This document shows positions 31,416 through 41,164 of a stretch of DNA of 64,000 nucleotides, piece after piece. A program made the translations under genes and the position numbers. How positions within the stretch are numbered: position 1 is the stretch's first letter; each line of letters opens with the position of its first letter. This stretch comes from an uncultured Ectothiorhodospiraceae bacterium (GTDB lineage Bacteria; Pseudomonadota; Gammaproteobacteria; UBA9214), in contig CAMYMI010000013.1 in assembly GCA_947259415.1 (NCBI GenBank), forward strand, positions 487 to 64,486, read 5' to 3'. The notes beneath the pieces were generated by a model. It did no database searches, was not told the origin of the DNA, and saw nothing but the letters and a program-made list of their open reading frames with translations.

Positions 31416-32033
31416 GTGAAAGAGGTAATGAAAATGTTGAAACGTCTATCCTTGATAATCATGTTGAGTGCCGTCATGGCAATGCCGGGACTGGCGTCCG
31501 CAGATCCCGCACCCATCGAATCCGTGCGTATAGCCGTGAATGCCATTCTTGACATACTCAAGAACCAGGAGCTCGATAAAGCGGTAAAGCGCGACAGGAT
31601 GCGTGAAGTCATCGACGCGCGTTTCGATTTTCGTGCCATGTCCCAGAGCACGCTGGCGACCAACTGGAAAAAGGCATCAAAGGATGAGCAACAGCAATTC
31701 GTAAAACTCTTCGGCAAGCTCATTCAGAATACCTATATCGGACAGGTAGAGGCCTATACCAACGAAGAAGTGACCTATCCATCCGAAAAGATAAAGGGTA
31801 AACGTGCCGTTGTGGATACCCTGATCATCACCAGCACCGCGGAAATCCCTGTAAATTACAAGTTATACCTGAAGAAAAACCAATGGCGGGTCTATGACGT
31901 GATCATCGAGGGGGTCAGTCTGATCAGCAACTACCGCAGCACCTATCAGGAGATTGTGAAAAAGGAGGGTTTCTCCGGCTTGCTCGCCAGGATGGAGGCG
32001 AAGATCGACGAGATAAGCAATCCTCCTTCCTGA
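31416..32033 (+). CDS. mlaC: Periplasmic phospholipid-binding protein MlaC (Ttg2D family)
   Basis: Signal peptide plus the MlaC fold signature ('NWKKASKDEQQQFVKLFGKLIQNTY', 'WRVYDVIIEGVSLISNYRSTY'). Confidence 0.8.
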   Translation: MKEVMKMLKRLSLIIMLSAVMAMPGLASADPAPIESVRIAVNAILDILKNQELDKAVKRDRMREVIDARFDFRAMSQSTLATNWKKASKDEQQQFVKLFGKLIQNTYIGQVEAYTNEEVTYPSEKIKGKRAVVDTLIITSTAEIPVNYKLYLKKNQWRVYDVIIEGVSLISNYRSTYQEIVKKEGFSGLLARMEAKIDEISNPPS

Positions 32034-32048
32034 CGCGACTCGTCGCTC

Positions 32049-32867
32049 CTAGAAATACCGGTTGTCGCGTGCGGCAGTCAGGCGTTTCAGATATTCCTCT
32101 GCATTGACGGCTTCATCTCTGGGCCGGCGATTGAGCATGTCCTGAATCGCCTCGTTGTCGCTGTTACGGACCTCGTCGACCGTGCCGGTCATCAGTACTT
32201 GCCCGTCACCCAGCACCGTGATCCTGTCGGCGATCTTGAATGCGCTTTCCAGTTCATGTGTAACCACCACGATGGTGACCTTCATCGCAGCCTTGAGTCG
32301 CAGTATCAGCTCATCCAGCTCGGCTGAGACAACGGGATCCAGGCCCGCAGAGGGTTCGTCGAAGAATAACAGGCTCGGGTCCATGATGATGGAACGTGCC
32401 AGGGAGGCCCTCTTGAGCATGCCGCCGGAGAGTTCGGAGGGCATCAGGTCCTCGAATCCCGCCAGGTTGACGACCTCGAGCTTCATGCGGGTCATAATGC
32501 GTATGGTGTTCTCATCCAGCCTGGTATGTATCCGCAGTGGCAACTCGATATTCTCCGCAACGCTCATCGAACCCAGCAGTGCGCCACCCTGAAAGGCGAC
32601 GCCCATCTTGCGCCGCAGTTTGTAGAGCTCTCTAGTCCCGAGCTGGGTAATATCCTGCCCCAGGATGTGGATGCTTCCGGAAGTCGGTTTGTTCAGCCCC
32701 AGCAGATTGCGCATGAGTGTGGTTTTGCCTGAACCGCTCCCGCCCATGATGACCATGATCTCTCCGGCGTGGATATCGAGATCCACGCCCTTGAGAATCT
32801 CCCGGTCTCCGTAGTGGGTGACGAGCTTCCCGATTTCGATGACATTTTCAGGTGCTGTGTCTGGCAT
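32049..32867 (-). CDS. mlaF: ABC transporter ATP-binding protein MlaF
   Basis: Walker A 'GGSGSGKTT', signature 'LSGGMLKRASLAR', Walker B 'LLFFDEPSAGLDP'; convergent with mlaC and downstream of the CPA2 gene. Confidence 0.85.
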   Translation of the reverse strand: MPDTAPENVIEIGKLVTHYGDREILKGVDLDIHAGEIMVIMGGSGSGKTTLMRNLLGLNKPTSGSIHILGQDITQLGTRELYKLRRKMGVAFQGGALLGSMSVAENIELPLRIHTRLDENTIRIMTRMKLEVVNLAGFEDLMPSELSGGMLKRASLARSIIMDPSLLFFDEPSAGLDPVVSAELDELILRLKAAMKVTIVVVTHELESAFKIADRITVLGDGQVLMTGTVDEVRNSDNEAIQDMLNRRPRDEAVNAEEYLKRLTAARDNRYF

Positions 32868-32980
32868 GCGTATCTGCTCCGGGGTATTTTATACAGAACC
32901 GGGAATTCTTTATTACTGGCCTATTGTGGACCGAATGCCGGTTGGTCTACAAGGGCGTCTCGCCCGCCCGAGCGGCCTGC

Positions 32981-34840
32981 TTACATGATTTCCCTGCGCG
33001 TATCCCATTCACCATACAGGGTCTCGATCTCCGCACGGTGGTCACTGATTTCCCCGCTTAGCGCCTTTTCAATTACCGTTTCAATGGCGCTGGCGGCTTC
33101 GATACGCTGCAGGAATACATAGTCACAGCCTGCTTCATAGAGTTTTTTGCTTTCCGCAAGCTCGATGGCATGGGCGATGATGATCGCATCAGGATTAATG
33201 TGCCGCACAGCCTCGACGATTTTCTCGTTCGTTGTACCCTTCAGGACATCATCCGGAATCGTTGACACGATAATTTTACCCTTGTCGACACCTGTATGAA
33301 GCAGGGTTTCGGGATTGCTAAGATCCCCGTATTTCACGACGGGGCCATGGGCCGCAATCTTTTGATGGATGTTTACATTGAAATCCACTATCAGTGTTTT
33401 TTCGAGTAACTCGGGATGATGTCTCTCAAGCTCATATAACAATGAAGATGTGATTCGATGAAAACCTAGCAGAACCAGGCTATAAGACTCCTGGTCAGCA
33501 GTTTCTCTTGTTGTCGGCGCCTTGAACCCGATTTTCTCGAGAAGTCCCGAAAGCCTGTCGTGCAGGTTATCGGCCTGCTGAAAAAGTATCGGTGTCAGCA
33601 GGGCAGTGATGACAAACGCGAAAATGATCGCACTGTTCAGTTCGGCCGAGATGTGGCCAAGCTGCACGCCGATGAAACCAATCACCAGGCTGAATTCGGA
33701 TATCTGGGCAAGCCGGACGGATGTAACCATGGAATTGCGGCGGTCGAGCCCGGTGAAATAGAACAATGGAAAGAAAATGAGGAATCGGGCCAGCAATGAG
33801 CCCACCGCAAACAAGACAGCCAGCAGCAGCACATCGAGGCCATTCGGCATCGGAATGCTCATGCCGAGACCGACGAAGAACAGTGTGATAAAAAAGTCTT
33901 TTACAACCCCCACCTTGCCGACGATTTCGGTACTGTAAGGGAGATTGGCGATCGTGGCGCCCGCGATGAGTGCTCCCATCGCCGGGCCCACGCTCAAGTG
34001 CAGGTTGAACTTAAACAACCACTCCGTGAATAGATCAAGGTAAATACCAGTCAGCACAACGATGAAACACCAGGCAATCGAGGCCACAAAAATAACTTCC
34101 GGCTTTTTGGCTACCCATTTAAAGCCGATCGGTATCACGTACTTGGCAAACTGTCCTGCAATGAATGCAAGCAGTCCGATGCCTGCAAAAGACAGCAGGA
34201 TCGGGCTGAGTTCCGGTGCACTAAAATTAGGCTGTATGGCGATCACGCCAATAGCCCATATATCCTGGAAGATCAGCAGACCCAGCACGATGCGCCCGAC
34301 TTCGGTATCCAGCTGAAAGGTTTCCTGAAAGAGCTTTACAACCAGCAACGTCGAGGACGCTGCCATGATAAAGCCGATATACAGTGGCACGTAGGTGCCG
34401 GACAAGACTTCTCCGCCAAGCCCGAGCCAGAGCAGTAGCTTGACGAACAGGAACCCGAACAGTGTACACAGCGGGTATTGAAGCAGTCCGGAAACAATCA
34501 GAATCCGCCCGCTTGCGCGCAACTTGCGAATATCGATTTCAAGTCCGATCAGATACAACAGTAATATCAAACCCAGCTCAGATATTGTTTCGATATTACC
34601 GGGGTCGGTTACCAGTCCCGCGCCAATGGGGCCAACCACTATACCGGCGATTAAAAAGGCGGCGATTACGGGGATCCTGAGCTTGACACAGGCAATTGCC
34701 AGCGTGCCTGCCAGCAACACACATACACCGATATCCTGCACCAGGGAAGGCAGTGCACCACTTGCGGCCAGCACCGAGGCAGGGGAAATTGCCAGCACCC
34801 CGCCAACACCGAGTAGACGACCGAGCGATCTTCCAGTCAT
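32981..34840 (-). CDS. CPA2-family monovalent cation:proton antiporter with C-terminal RCK (TrkA-N) domain, Kef-type
   Basis: 12-13 TM Na_H_Exchanger core plus C-terminal Rossmann 'LVLLGFHRITSSLLYEL...IVDFNVNIHQKIAAHGPVVKYGDLSNPETLLHTGV'. Confidence 0.8.
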   Translation of the reverse strand: MTGRSLGRLLGVGGVLAISPASVLAASGALPSLVQDIGVCVLLAGTLAIACVKLRIPVIAAFLIAGIVVGPIGAGLVTDPGNIETISELGLILLLYLIGLEIDIRKLRASGRILIVSGLLQYPLCTLFGFLFVKLLLWLGLGGEVLSGTYVPLYIGFIMAASSTLLVVKLFQETFQLDTEVGRIVLGLLIFQDIWAIGVIAIQPNFSAPELSPILLSFAGIGLLAFIAGQFAKYVIPIGFKWVAKKPEVIFVASIAWCFIVVLTGIYLDLFTEWLFKFNLHLSVGPAMGALIAGATIANLPYSTEIVGKVGVVKDFFITLFFVGLGMSIPMPNGLDVLLLAVLFAVGSLLARFLIFFPLFYFTGLDRRNSMVTSVRLAQISEFSLVIGFIGVQLGHISAELNSAIIFAFVITALLTPILFQQADNLHDRLSGLLEKIGFKAPTTRETADQESYSLVLLGFHRITSSLLYELERHHPELLEKTLIVDFNVNIHQKIAAHGPVVKYGDLSNPETLLHTGVDKGKIIVSTIPDDVLKGTTNEKIVEAVRHINPDAIIIAHAIELAESKKLYEAGCDYVFLQRIEAASAIETVIEKALSGEISDHRAEIETLYGEWDTRREIM

Positions 34841-34904
34841 ATCTCTGCAGTCCTGGTTATATCCGGGTCAGAGAGCAATTCTCTCTGATATTAAACACTG
34901 CTGT

Positions 34905-35105
34905 TTAAACTCCCTCTCCTTTATGCCCGTTTTTTGGGTGCACCGGGAGAGGGTTGGGGAGAGGGGATCAAATAGTGATAACTTTCTTGTTTCACACCCC
35001 CTCATCCTAGTCGCTTCCGGCATCCCGCCTCCCGCGACACTGTGCATCCATGCACATCGTCATTCTCCCTGTACATCCAACAAACGGGCATAAAGGAGAG
35101 GGGGG
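34905..35105. repeat. REP/BIME-like element with 21-bp terminal inverted repeats (MITE-like)
   Basis: TIRs 'tccctctcctttatgcccgtt' (34910-34930) and 'aacgggcataaaggagagggg' (35082-35102) flank a core containing 'gggagagggttggggagagggg'. Confidence 0.6.
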
Positions 35106-35145
35106 ATTTGGCAAAGCAATGGCACTGACCCCATTTTCTCCAGAA

Positions 35146-36603
35146 TCATTTCCCCAGTGTAATCACCCGTATCAGATCGGTTCCACCGGCTTGCTGATGC
35201 TGCCCAGCGGTTGATATCACAATATCACCTGCCTTTACGTATCCCAATGCTTCCGCCTGTTCGATTCCGAAGGCGAGGCGTGCGCGGTCTGTGGGCTCGC
35301 CACTGTAGAGGATTGGGATGACACCCCAGTTCATTGACAGTTTACGTGCAACCTTCACGGAAGATGTAATCGCGAGAATCGGAATCTCAGGGCGGTATTT
35401 CGAGATCAGCCGCGAGGTAAAACCTGTCTCGGTCAGGCTGATAATCGCCGCCGCCTTGAGGTTCGCCGACATGCTGACGGCAGCCTGGCCGACGGTTTCG
35501 GTCACAATATCCGTGGGATGCGGGTTGAATCGCTGTAAATAGCCGTATTCTCCCAATGAGGATTCGGCGCGCCGTGCGATGTTGGCCATGGTACTCACCG
35601 CCTCTACGGGGTATTTGCCGACGGCGGTTTCGCCGGAGAGCATAACGGCCGATGTTCCGTCCAGAATGGCATTGGCAACATCGCTGGCCTCGGCGCGGGT
35701 CGGCTTCGGATTGTGTTCCATGGAAGCCAGCATCTGGGTGGCGGTAATGACAGGCTTGCCGTTGGTCACCGTCGAACGGATGATGTGTTTCTGGGTGGCA
35801 GGCACGTCAGCCAATGGCAACTCCACACCCATGTCGCCGCGTGCCACCATGATGCCATTGGCCGCCCTCACAATGTCTTCCAGATTCTCAACGCCGGCCT
35901 TGTTCTCGATCTTGGCGATGATTGGGATGTTGACGCCCTTTTCGACAAGTATTTCCCGCATCTTGTAGATATCGTTCGCAGTCTGAATGAAGGAAGCTGC
36001 GATGTAATCGACATCGTTCTCGGCGGCAAAGCCCAGTTCCCTTATGACATCCTCACGGTTTTCAGGGCTGACAGCGCTAAGCGCAAGCCGGGTATTAGGC
36101 AGGTTCACGCTCTTGCTGTTGCCCAGCCAGCCACCATGGATGACACGGCAAGAGATGGCGTTGCCGCTGACTCCCGTGACTTCCAGTTCGATGGCGCCGT
36201 CGTCTAGCAGGATCGGTGTGCCGGCATGGACCTCCTCCTGCAGTTTTCTGTAGGTTATTGCGACACCATCGGCATTACCGGTGCGCTCTTCGGTGTACAG
36301 AGTAAAGCTGGCACCCGGTAGCAGTTCAACCGTACCGCCCTCCAGCAGGCCGGTGCGGATCTCGATACCCCGGGTATCGATCATGATGGCTATGTTTGTG
36401 CCAACTTGTTCGGATGTATCGCGCAGGAGTTTGATCTGCTTTTTGTGGTCGGCAAGGTTGCCGTGGGAGAGGTTGAGGCGCGCCACGTTCATCCCGGCCC
36501 TGATCATTGCGGCGAGCTTGTCCGCCGTATTGCAGGCCGGACCAATCGTGGCAACGATCTTGGTTTTACGTTGTATCGGTAATCCGTTTGTTGTGTTTTT
36601 CAT
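35146..36603 (-). CDS. pyk: Pyruvate kinase
   Basis: 'KTKIVATIGPA', 'NVARLNLSHG', 'IMIDTRGIEIRTG' and the 'ARGDMGVE' active-site block; start trimmed to Met 'MKNTTNG'. Confidence 0.9.
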   Translation of the reverse strand: MKNTTNGLPIQRKTKIVATIGPACNTADKLAAMIRAGMNVARLNLSHGNLADHKKQIKLLRDTSEQVGTNIAIMIDTRGIEIRTGLLEGGTVELLPGASFTLYTEERTGNADGVAITYRKLQEEVHAGTPILLDDGAIELEVTGVSGNAISCRVIHGGWLGNSKSVNLPNTRLALSAVSPENREDVIRELGFAAENDVDYIAASFIQTANDIYKMREILVEKGVNIPIIAKIENKAGVENLEDIVRAANGIMVARGDMGVELPLADVPATQKHIIRSTVTNGKPVITATQMLASMEHNPKPTRAEASDVANAILDGTSAVMLSGETAVGKYPVEAVSTMANIARRAESSLGEYGYLQRFNPHPTDIVTETVGQAAVSMSANLKAAAIISLTETGFTSRLISKYRPEIPILAITSSVKVARKLSMNWGVIPILYSGEPTDRARLAFGIEQAEALGYVKAGDIVISTAGQHQQAGGTDLIRVITLGK

Positions 36604-36871
36604 TCGGGTCGTGTCGCTTGCTGGATGAAGAAGAAGGCTGTAAGCCATTCCCCCATATTCTACAGTGTTTTTTTGTTCATGCTGTAGTTTTATAGCGGGA
36701 TAAAGGGCGCCAGGTACCGTGCTTGCCACGAAAACCGAGTCAGCGGCCGCTAACTCACGTTAGTCGCCATCATTCAGGATCACAATGCTCTAAGCCAGCA
36801 TCCCGATAACTTGTCAGATCGACACCTTGCGGCATGATCGGCATTTGTCGGATATACGGGTTCCCGTATAA

Positions 36872-39223
36872 CTATTTCGACGTCATCACGAAGACGCCGT
36901 TCCAGTCGTCGCCGGGCGGGTGGTTCTTCATGTAGTCGCAGCGCTCGATGTAGGTACGCGACAGTTTATCGTTCGGGTGCAGCTTGAGGGCGTCGTTGAA
37001 GGCGGCCGTGGCCTTGTCCCAGTTGCCGTTACGGTACTGCGTCAGGCCGTCCTTGAAATGAAGGACCGTTTCCATCAGGTTGGGAAAGCTCTCCTCGCTG
37101 TGGTGGTCGAGGATCTCGTAGATGGACACCGGTTCGGTCTTGCCCTTGACAATCACCCGGTCGATTTCGCGGATGCGGTAGGTGCCGTGCAGCTTGCGGT
37201 AGGTGTTCTCGCTGGTCAGGATGCGCGCCGAGTACTGTTTGCAGGCACTCTCCAGGCGTGCCGCGAGGTTCACGCCGTCACCGATAATGGTGTAGTCCAT
37301 GCGCTTGGGCGAGCCGATGTTGCCCGAGACCACCACGTCGGTGTTGAGCCCGATGCCCATGTCCACCGGGTGTTTGCCCAGAGCCAGCCGTTCCCGGTTC
37401 CAGTCATCGAGTTTCCTGATCATAGCGATGGCGGCACGCACGGCGCGGTCCTCGTCGTCATCGTGGGCGATCGGCATACCGAAGGCCGCCATGATGGCAT
37501 CGCCGATGAACTTGTCGAGCATGCCTTCCTCGCGCTGGATGCAGTCGACCATGAGGGTGAAATACTCGTTCAGCAGGGCGACGGTGCCCTGGGCGCCGAG
37601 TTCCTCGGTCAGCGTGGTGAAGCCGCGGATATCGGAGAACAGAATGGTCGCCGGGGTGCTCTTGCCGCCGAGGATATCGCCACCACCCTCCAGGACCTGG
37701 TCGGCCAGGCCGGGATCCATGTAGCGCGCCATGGTCGACTTGACCCGCTTTTCGGTGCTGATGTCCTCGATCATGATCAGGGTGCCGAGCGAGTGCTCGT
37801 CGGAGGCGATCAGCGGCAGCACGGTCAGGTTGACCGAGACCTTGTTGTTGTTGAATTCGAGTTCGGCGTCCACCGAGATGTCCGGTACGCGGGTCTCGGC
37901 CACGCGCAGGATCTTGTCCCGGACCCAGGCATTGGCGCCGGTGAGGAACTCGTCGGCAGAGCGGCCGATGATGTCCTGGCTGTCGAGCTGCATAATGCGC
38001 GAGCCGGCGTCATTGCAGGTCACGATGTTGGCATCCTCGTCCAGGGTGAACACCCCGTTCGACATGCTCTGCAGCATGCTCTCGTTGTAGTTCTTCATGT
38101 TCTCGACGTCGTTGAACAGCTTGGCGTTCTCGAGGCCGATGGAGACCTGTGCCGTGAACGCGCGCAGGCGGGATTCGTCCTCCCCGGTAAAGGCGCCGCC
38201 GCGCTTGTTGAGCACCTGGGTGACGCCGATGGTCTTGCCGTCCTTGTTGACCACAGGAACGCACAGGATGGAGCGTGTGAAAAAGCCGGTCTTGCGGTCG
38301 AATTCCGGGTTGAAGCGCAGGTCGGCATAGGCATAGGGGATGTTCACCGACTGGCCACTGGTGAACACGGTGCCGGCAATACCCTGGTCATTGGGCAGGC
38401 GGATCTGGGTGGCGTCCAGGCCCACGCCGGTCTGCGACCATAACTCGCCGGACTTCTCGTCGTTGATGAACAGGGTCGAGCGTTCGGCATTGAGCATGCG
38501 CGTGGCCTCGGTCATCACCTTCTGCAGCACCACGGCGAGGTCGATCTCGGAGGTGACGTCCGAGACGATGTCGAGGAACTCCAGTTCCTGGGTGTGGGAC
38601 CTGTGCATGCGCTCGGCGAACTGGACGCTGTGCAGGGTGATCGAGGCCTGCAGGGTCAGCGCCTGCAATACCTCCAGGTTTTCCTCGGTGAACTCGCCGT
38701 GCTGCTTGTTCAGTGATTGTGCCACGCCGATGATGTCACCCTTGACGGTCCGGATCGGTGTGCACAGCACGTTGCGGGTATGGTAGCCGGTTTTTTCATC
38801 CACGGACGGGCTGAAGCGTTCATCGGAGTAGGCGTCATGGATGACCATGCTCTCGCCATTGGTGAACACATGGCCGGCGATCCCCACGGTGTTCAGTATC
38901 CGGATATCACGTCGGATGTCGCCCAGAGCCACCCGAGAGTACAGCTCGCCGGTCTCGACATCATTCAGGAACAAGGTGGAGCGATCGGCCCCGGTCTCCC
39001 GGCTGATGATCGTCACCAGGGTCTCGAGCGCCTCATCCAGCGTGTCCATGGCGCCCATTTGATGATTGACATCGACCAGCAGCTCGGCCATGCGCAGACG
39101 CTTGCCGATGACGTCATGCGCGCGGTCCGGGCCACGCCGTTCGACAAAGTCGATGACCGAACTATCCGGCATGGTGCGGCTCCAACGCTGCGCCCGGGGT
39201 GTCGTCGGAAGGTTGTCCCGCAC
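36872..39223 (-). CDS. GAF-GAF-PAS class III adenylate/guanylate cyclase
   Basis: Two GAF domains, a PAS, and cyclase motifs 'FSDIRGFTTL', 'FIGDAIMAAFG', 'GDGVNLAARLE'; alternative start 'MPDSS' at 39172. Confidence 0.85.
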   Translation of the reverse strand: MRDNLPTTPRAQRWSRTMPDSSVIDFVERRGPDRAHDVIGKRLRMAELLVDVNHQMGAMDTLDEALETLVTIISRETGADRSTLFLNDVETGELYSRVALGDIRRDIRILNTVGIAGHVFTNGESMVIHDAYSDERFSPSVDEKTGYHTRNVLCTPIRTVKGDIIGVAQSLNKQHGEFTEENLEVLQALTLQASITLHSVQFAERMHRSHTQELEFLDIVSDVTSEIDLAVVLQKVMTEATRMLNAERSTLFINDEKSGELWSQTGVGLDATQIRLPNDQGIAGTVFTSGQSVNIPYAYADLRFNPEFDRKTGFFTRSILCVPVVNKDGKTIGVTQVLNKRGGAFTGEDESRLRAFTAQVSIGLENAKLFNDVENMKNYNESMLQSMSNGVFTLDEDANIVTCNDAGSRIMQLDSQDIIGRSADEFLTGANAWVRDKILRVAETRVPDISVDAELEFNNNKVSVNLTVLPLIASDEHSLGTLIMIEDISTEKRVKSTMARYMDPGLADQVLEGGGDILGGKSTPATILFSDIRGFTTLTEELGAQGTVALLNEYFTLMVDCIQREEGMLDKFIGDAIMAAFGMPIAHDDDEDRAVRAAIAMIRKLDDWNRERLALGKHPVDMGIGLNTDVVVSGNIGSPKRMDYTIIGDGVNLAARLESACKQYSARILTSENTYRKLHGTYRIREIDRVIVKGKTEPVSIYEILDHHSEESFPNLMETVLHFKDGLTQYRNGNWDKATAAFNDALKLHPNDKLSRTYIERCDYMKNHPPGDDWNGVFVMTSK

Positions 39224-39551
39224 GGTCAGTGCGCTGATGCAGGCCTTCCAGCTCCTGGCGCAGTGCGGTGATGGTGGCCTTCAGCTGCTTGATCTCATCA
39301 CTGGTAGCAACCGTCGCCTGGTTGACCTGTTCCCTGGCATCGAAGCGCTGCTTTTCCAGCTCCTCGCGCAGGGCGCTGATGGTGTCCCGGAACTGCTGAT
39401 TCTCGATATGGTTCTCGGCGACCACCTGCTGTACGGCGTGGTCCTTTTCCAGGCGCATGGCCTCCAGCTCCGTACGCAGGGTCGCGATCATCTCCTGCAG
39501 ATGGCGGATTTCCCGGTTGGCGGCACTAAGTTGTTCGGGTGTGACTTCCAT
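39162..39551 (-). CDS. Coiled-coil hypothetical protein
   Basis: 129 aa with heptad-like repeats ('LRTELEAMRLEKDHAVQQ', 'ALREELEKQRFDAREQ'); overlaps the annotated cyclase start. Confidence 0.4.
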   Translation of the reverse strand: MEVTPEQLSAANREIRHLQEMIATLRTELEAMRLEKDHAVQQVVAENHIENQQFRDTISALREELEKQRFDAREQVNQATVATSDEIKQLKATITALRQELEGLHQRTDRAGQPSDDTPGAALEPHHAG

Positions 39552-39599
39552 GAGCGGCTCGCTGGTAACTGGTTATTATTATAGATTAATTCACTGCAG

Positions 39600-39840
39600 T
39601 CACATAAACTCCCTCTCCCCACGGGAGAGGGCTGGGGAGAGGGGGTCAGAAAATGATAACTGCATGAATCCAAATCCCATCATCCCAGTTTTCTCGGCAA
39701 CTGCTCCATGCCTTGCTCTACCGCCTGCATGGCCCAGGCCAGCTCTTGACCGCTACGCGGCCTCACCTCCTCCCTGCAGGCGTCCCGGAGGTAGAAAGTG
39801 TTTCGTGTTTTACAACGCCCTCCACAGGGAGAGGATTTCT
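39600..39840. repeat. REP/BIME-like repeat cluster (B-type palindrome plus 'cggcaactgctccatgc' element)
   Basis: 'ctccctctccccacgggagagggctggggagagggggtc' plus 'cggcaactgctccatgccttgctctaccgcctgcatgg...ctgcaggcgtcccggagg' also present at 56215-56400. Confidence 0.7.
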
Positions 39841-40030
39841 ATAAATCTAACGGCCTGATTTTTTCCTCATCAGTCTGCCGACAATCATTCCAGGCTACTT
39901 CAATTTAAGCACAAAATTACCAGATTGGCGCAACCGCGGCCCCCGCTCACGTCCGGCAACCCGGACTTGCGGCCGTTCTGGATACGAATCATACTCAACA
40001 GACTCCCATGCCTTGGCGAAGGAAATATAA

Positions 40031-40906
40031 TTGCTAATCACCTTCTACGGGGTCCGGGGCTCGGTGCCATCACCGGGACCCACGACCGTAAAATACGGCG
40101 GCAACACCTCTTGCGTCTACGTCGAACTGGCTAACGGCGAGAGCCTGATAGTGGACTCGGGCACGGGCATCCGCGGTTTGGGCAAGCGGCTCAAACAGAC
40201 CGACGGCGATATAAACATCCTCCTGTCCCACACACACTGGGACCACATCCACGGCTATCCCTATTTCGCGCCGATCTACCAGCGTGATCGGCATATCCGG
40301 GTGTTTACCGCGGCGAATGAGGCACACGGCCAGATCTGTTCCCTGTTCGACCAGATCGACGGGGCAAATTTCCCGCTGCACGCCAACGAGCTGCCGTCAC
40401 GGGCCGAGTGCATCACAGAGAATTTGGAATCCATGCTGGCCGGCGACAATATCCAGATCCGACGGGCGCACATCAACCACCCCGGCGGCGGCTATGCCTA
40501 TCGGATAGAGGAAGACGGCACCTCCTGCCTGTACATCACCGACAACGAGCTGGAACCGCCCAACAAGCCCGCCACCACCTATGACCAATGGGTTGAGTTC
40601 TGCCGCGGGGCTGATGTGCTGATCCACGATGCCCAGTACCTCCAATCCGACATGCCGCACAAGCACGGCTGGGGCCATTCACTGGTCTCGCAGGTGCGCC
40701 AGCTGGCGGTCGACGCCGAGGTCAACTGCCTGGTGATGTTCCACCATGACCCCGACCGCACCGATACCGAGATCGACTTTATCCAGCAGGAAAACGAACA
40801 GTTCTTCCGCGGTCGGCGCGCCCCGGCGCTGAGTGTGTGTGCCGCGGAGGGCATGCAGATCCGCCTGACCCCGCAAGCCGAGGGCACTCGCATCACGGTT
40901 GAATAA
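40031..40906 (+). CDS. MBL-fold metallo-hydrolase
   Basis: 'LLSHTHWDHIHG' HxHxDH zinc motif, downstream His/Asp ligands; 291 aa. Confidence 0.75.
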   Translation: MLITFYGVRGSVPSPGPTTVKYGGNTSCVYVELANGESLIVDSGTGIRGLGKRLKQTDGDINILLSHTHWDHIHGYPYFAPIYQRDRHIRVFTAANEAHGQICSLFDQIDGANFPLHANELPSRAECITENLESMLAGDNIQIRRAHINHPGGGYAYRIEEDGTSCLYITDNELEPPNKPATTYDQWVEFCRGADVLIHDAQYLQSDMPHKHGWGHSLVSQVRQLAVDAEVNCLVMFHHDPDRTDTEIDFIQQENEQFFRGRRAPALSVCAAEGMQIRLTPQAEGTRITVE

Positions 40907-41164
40907 ATGCGGTAATCAGATGGCGGGCACCGCCGCGACAAGAGTATGCGGCAGATCTTGCCGCCGTGGCAGGTCAACTTGATAGAATAGCGCGGTCTCT
41001 ATAGCTTGCCTCGGGGCGGTCCACCCGCCATTCATCGACTGATCCCAGATCAGATCACTTACTTTTGAAGGTTGACAGGACGGCAGTGAACGTCGATGTG
41101 TATTTCAGGCCGGCGTTGTTCTCAGGCACACAAGCCGGCCTGCTTGCGGACTTAAATCGGGTCC

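Noticed and set aside
36920-38443. Long antisense ORFs inside GC-rich genes (507 aa opposite the GAF-cyclase; 326 aa at 43273-44253 opposite the CHASE2-cyclase; 454 aa at 59664-61028 opposite the TLC/HEAT gene; 236 aa at 47289-47999; 332 aa at 48614-49612)
   Set aside because: High GC suppresses stop codons on the antisense strand. The sense-strand proteins carry recognisable domains, whereas the antisense translations are Arg/Ala/Gly-rich low-complexity sequences.
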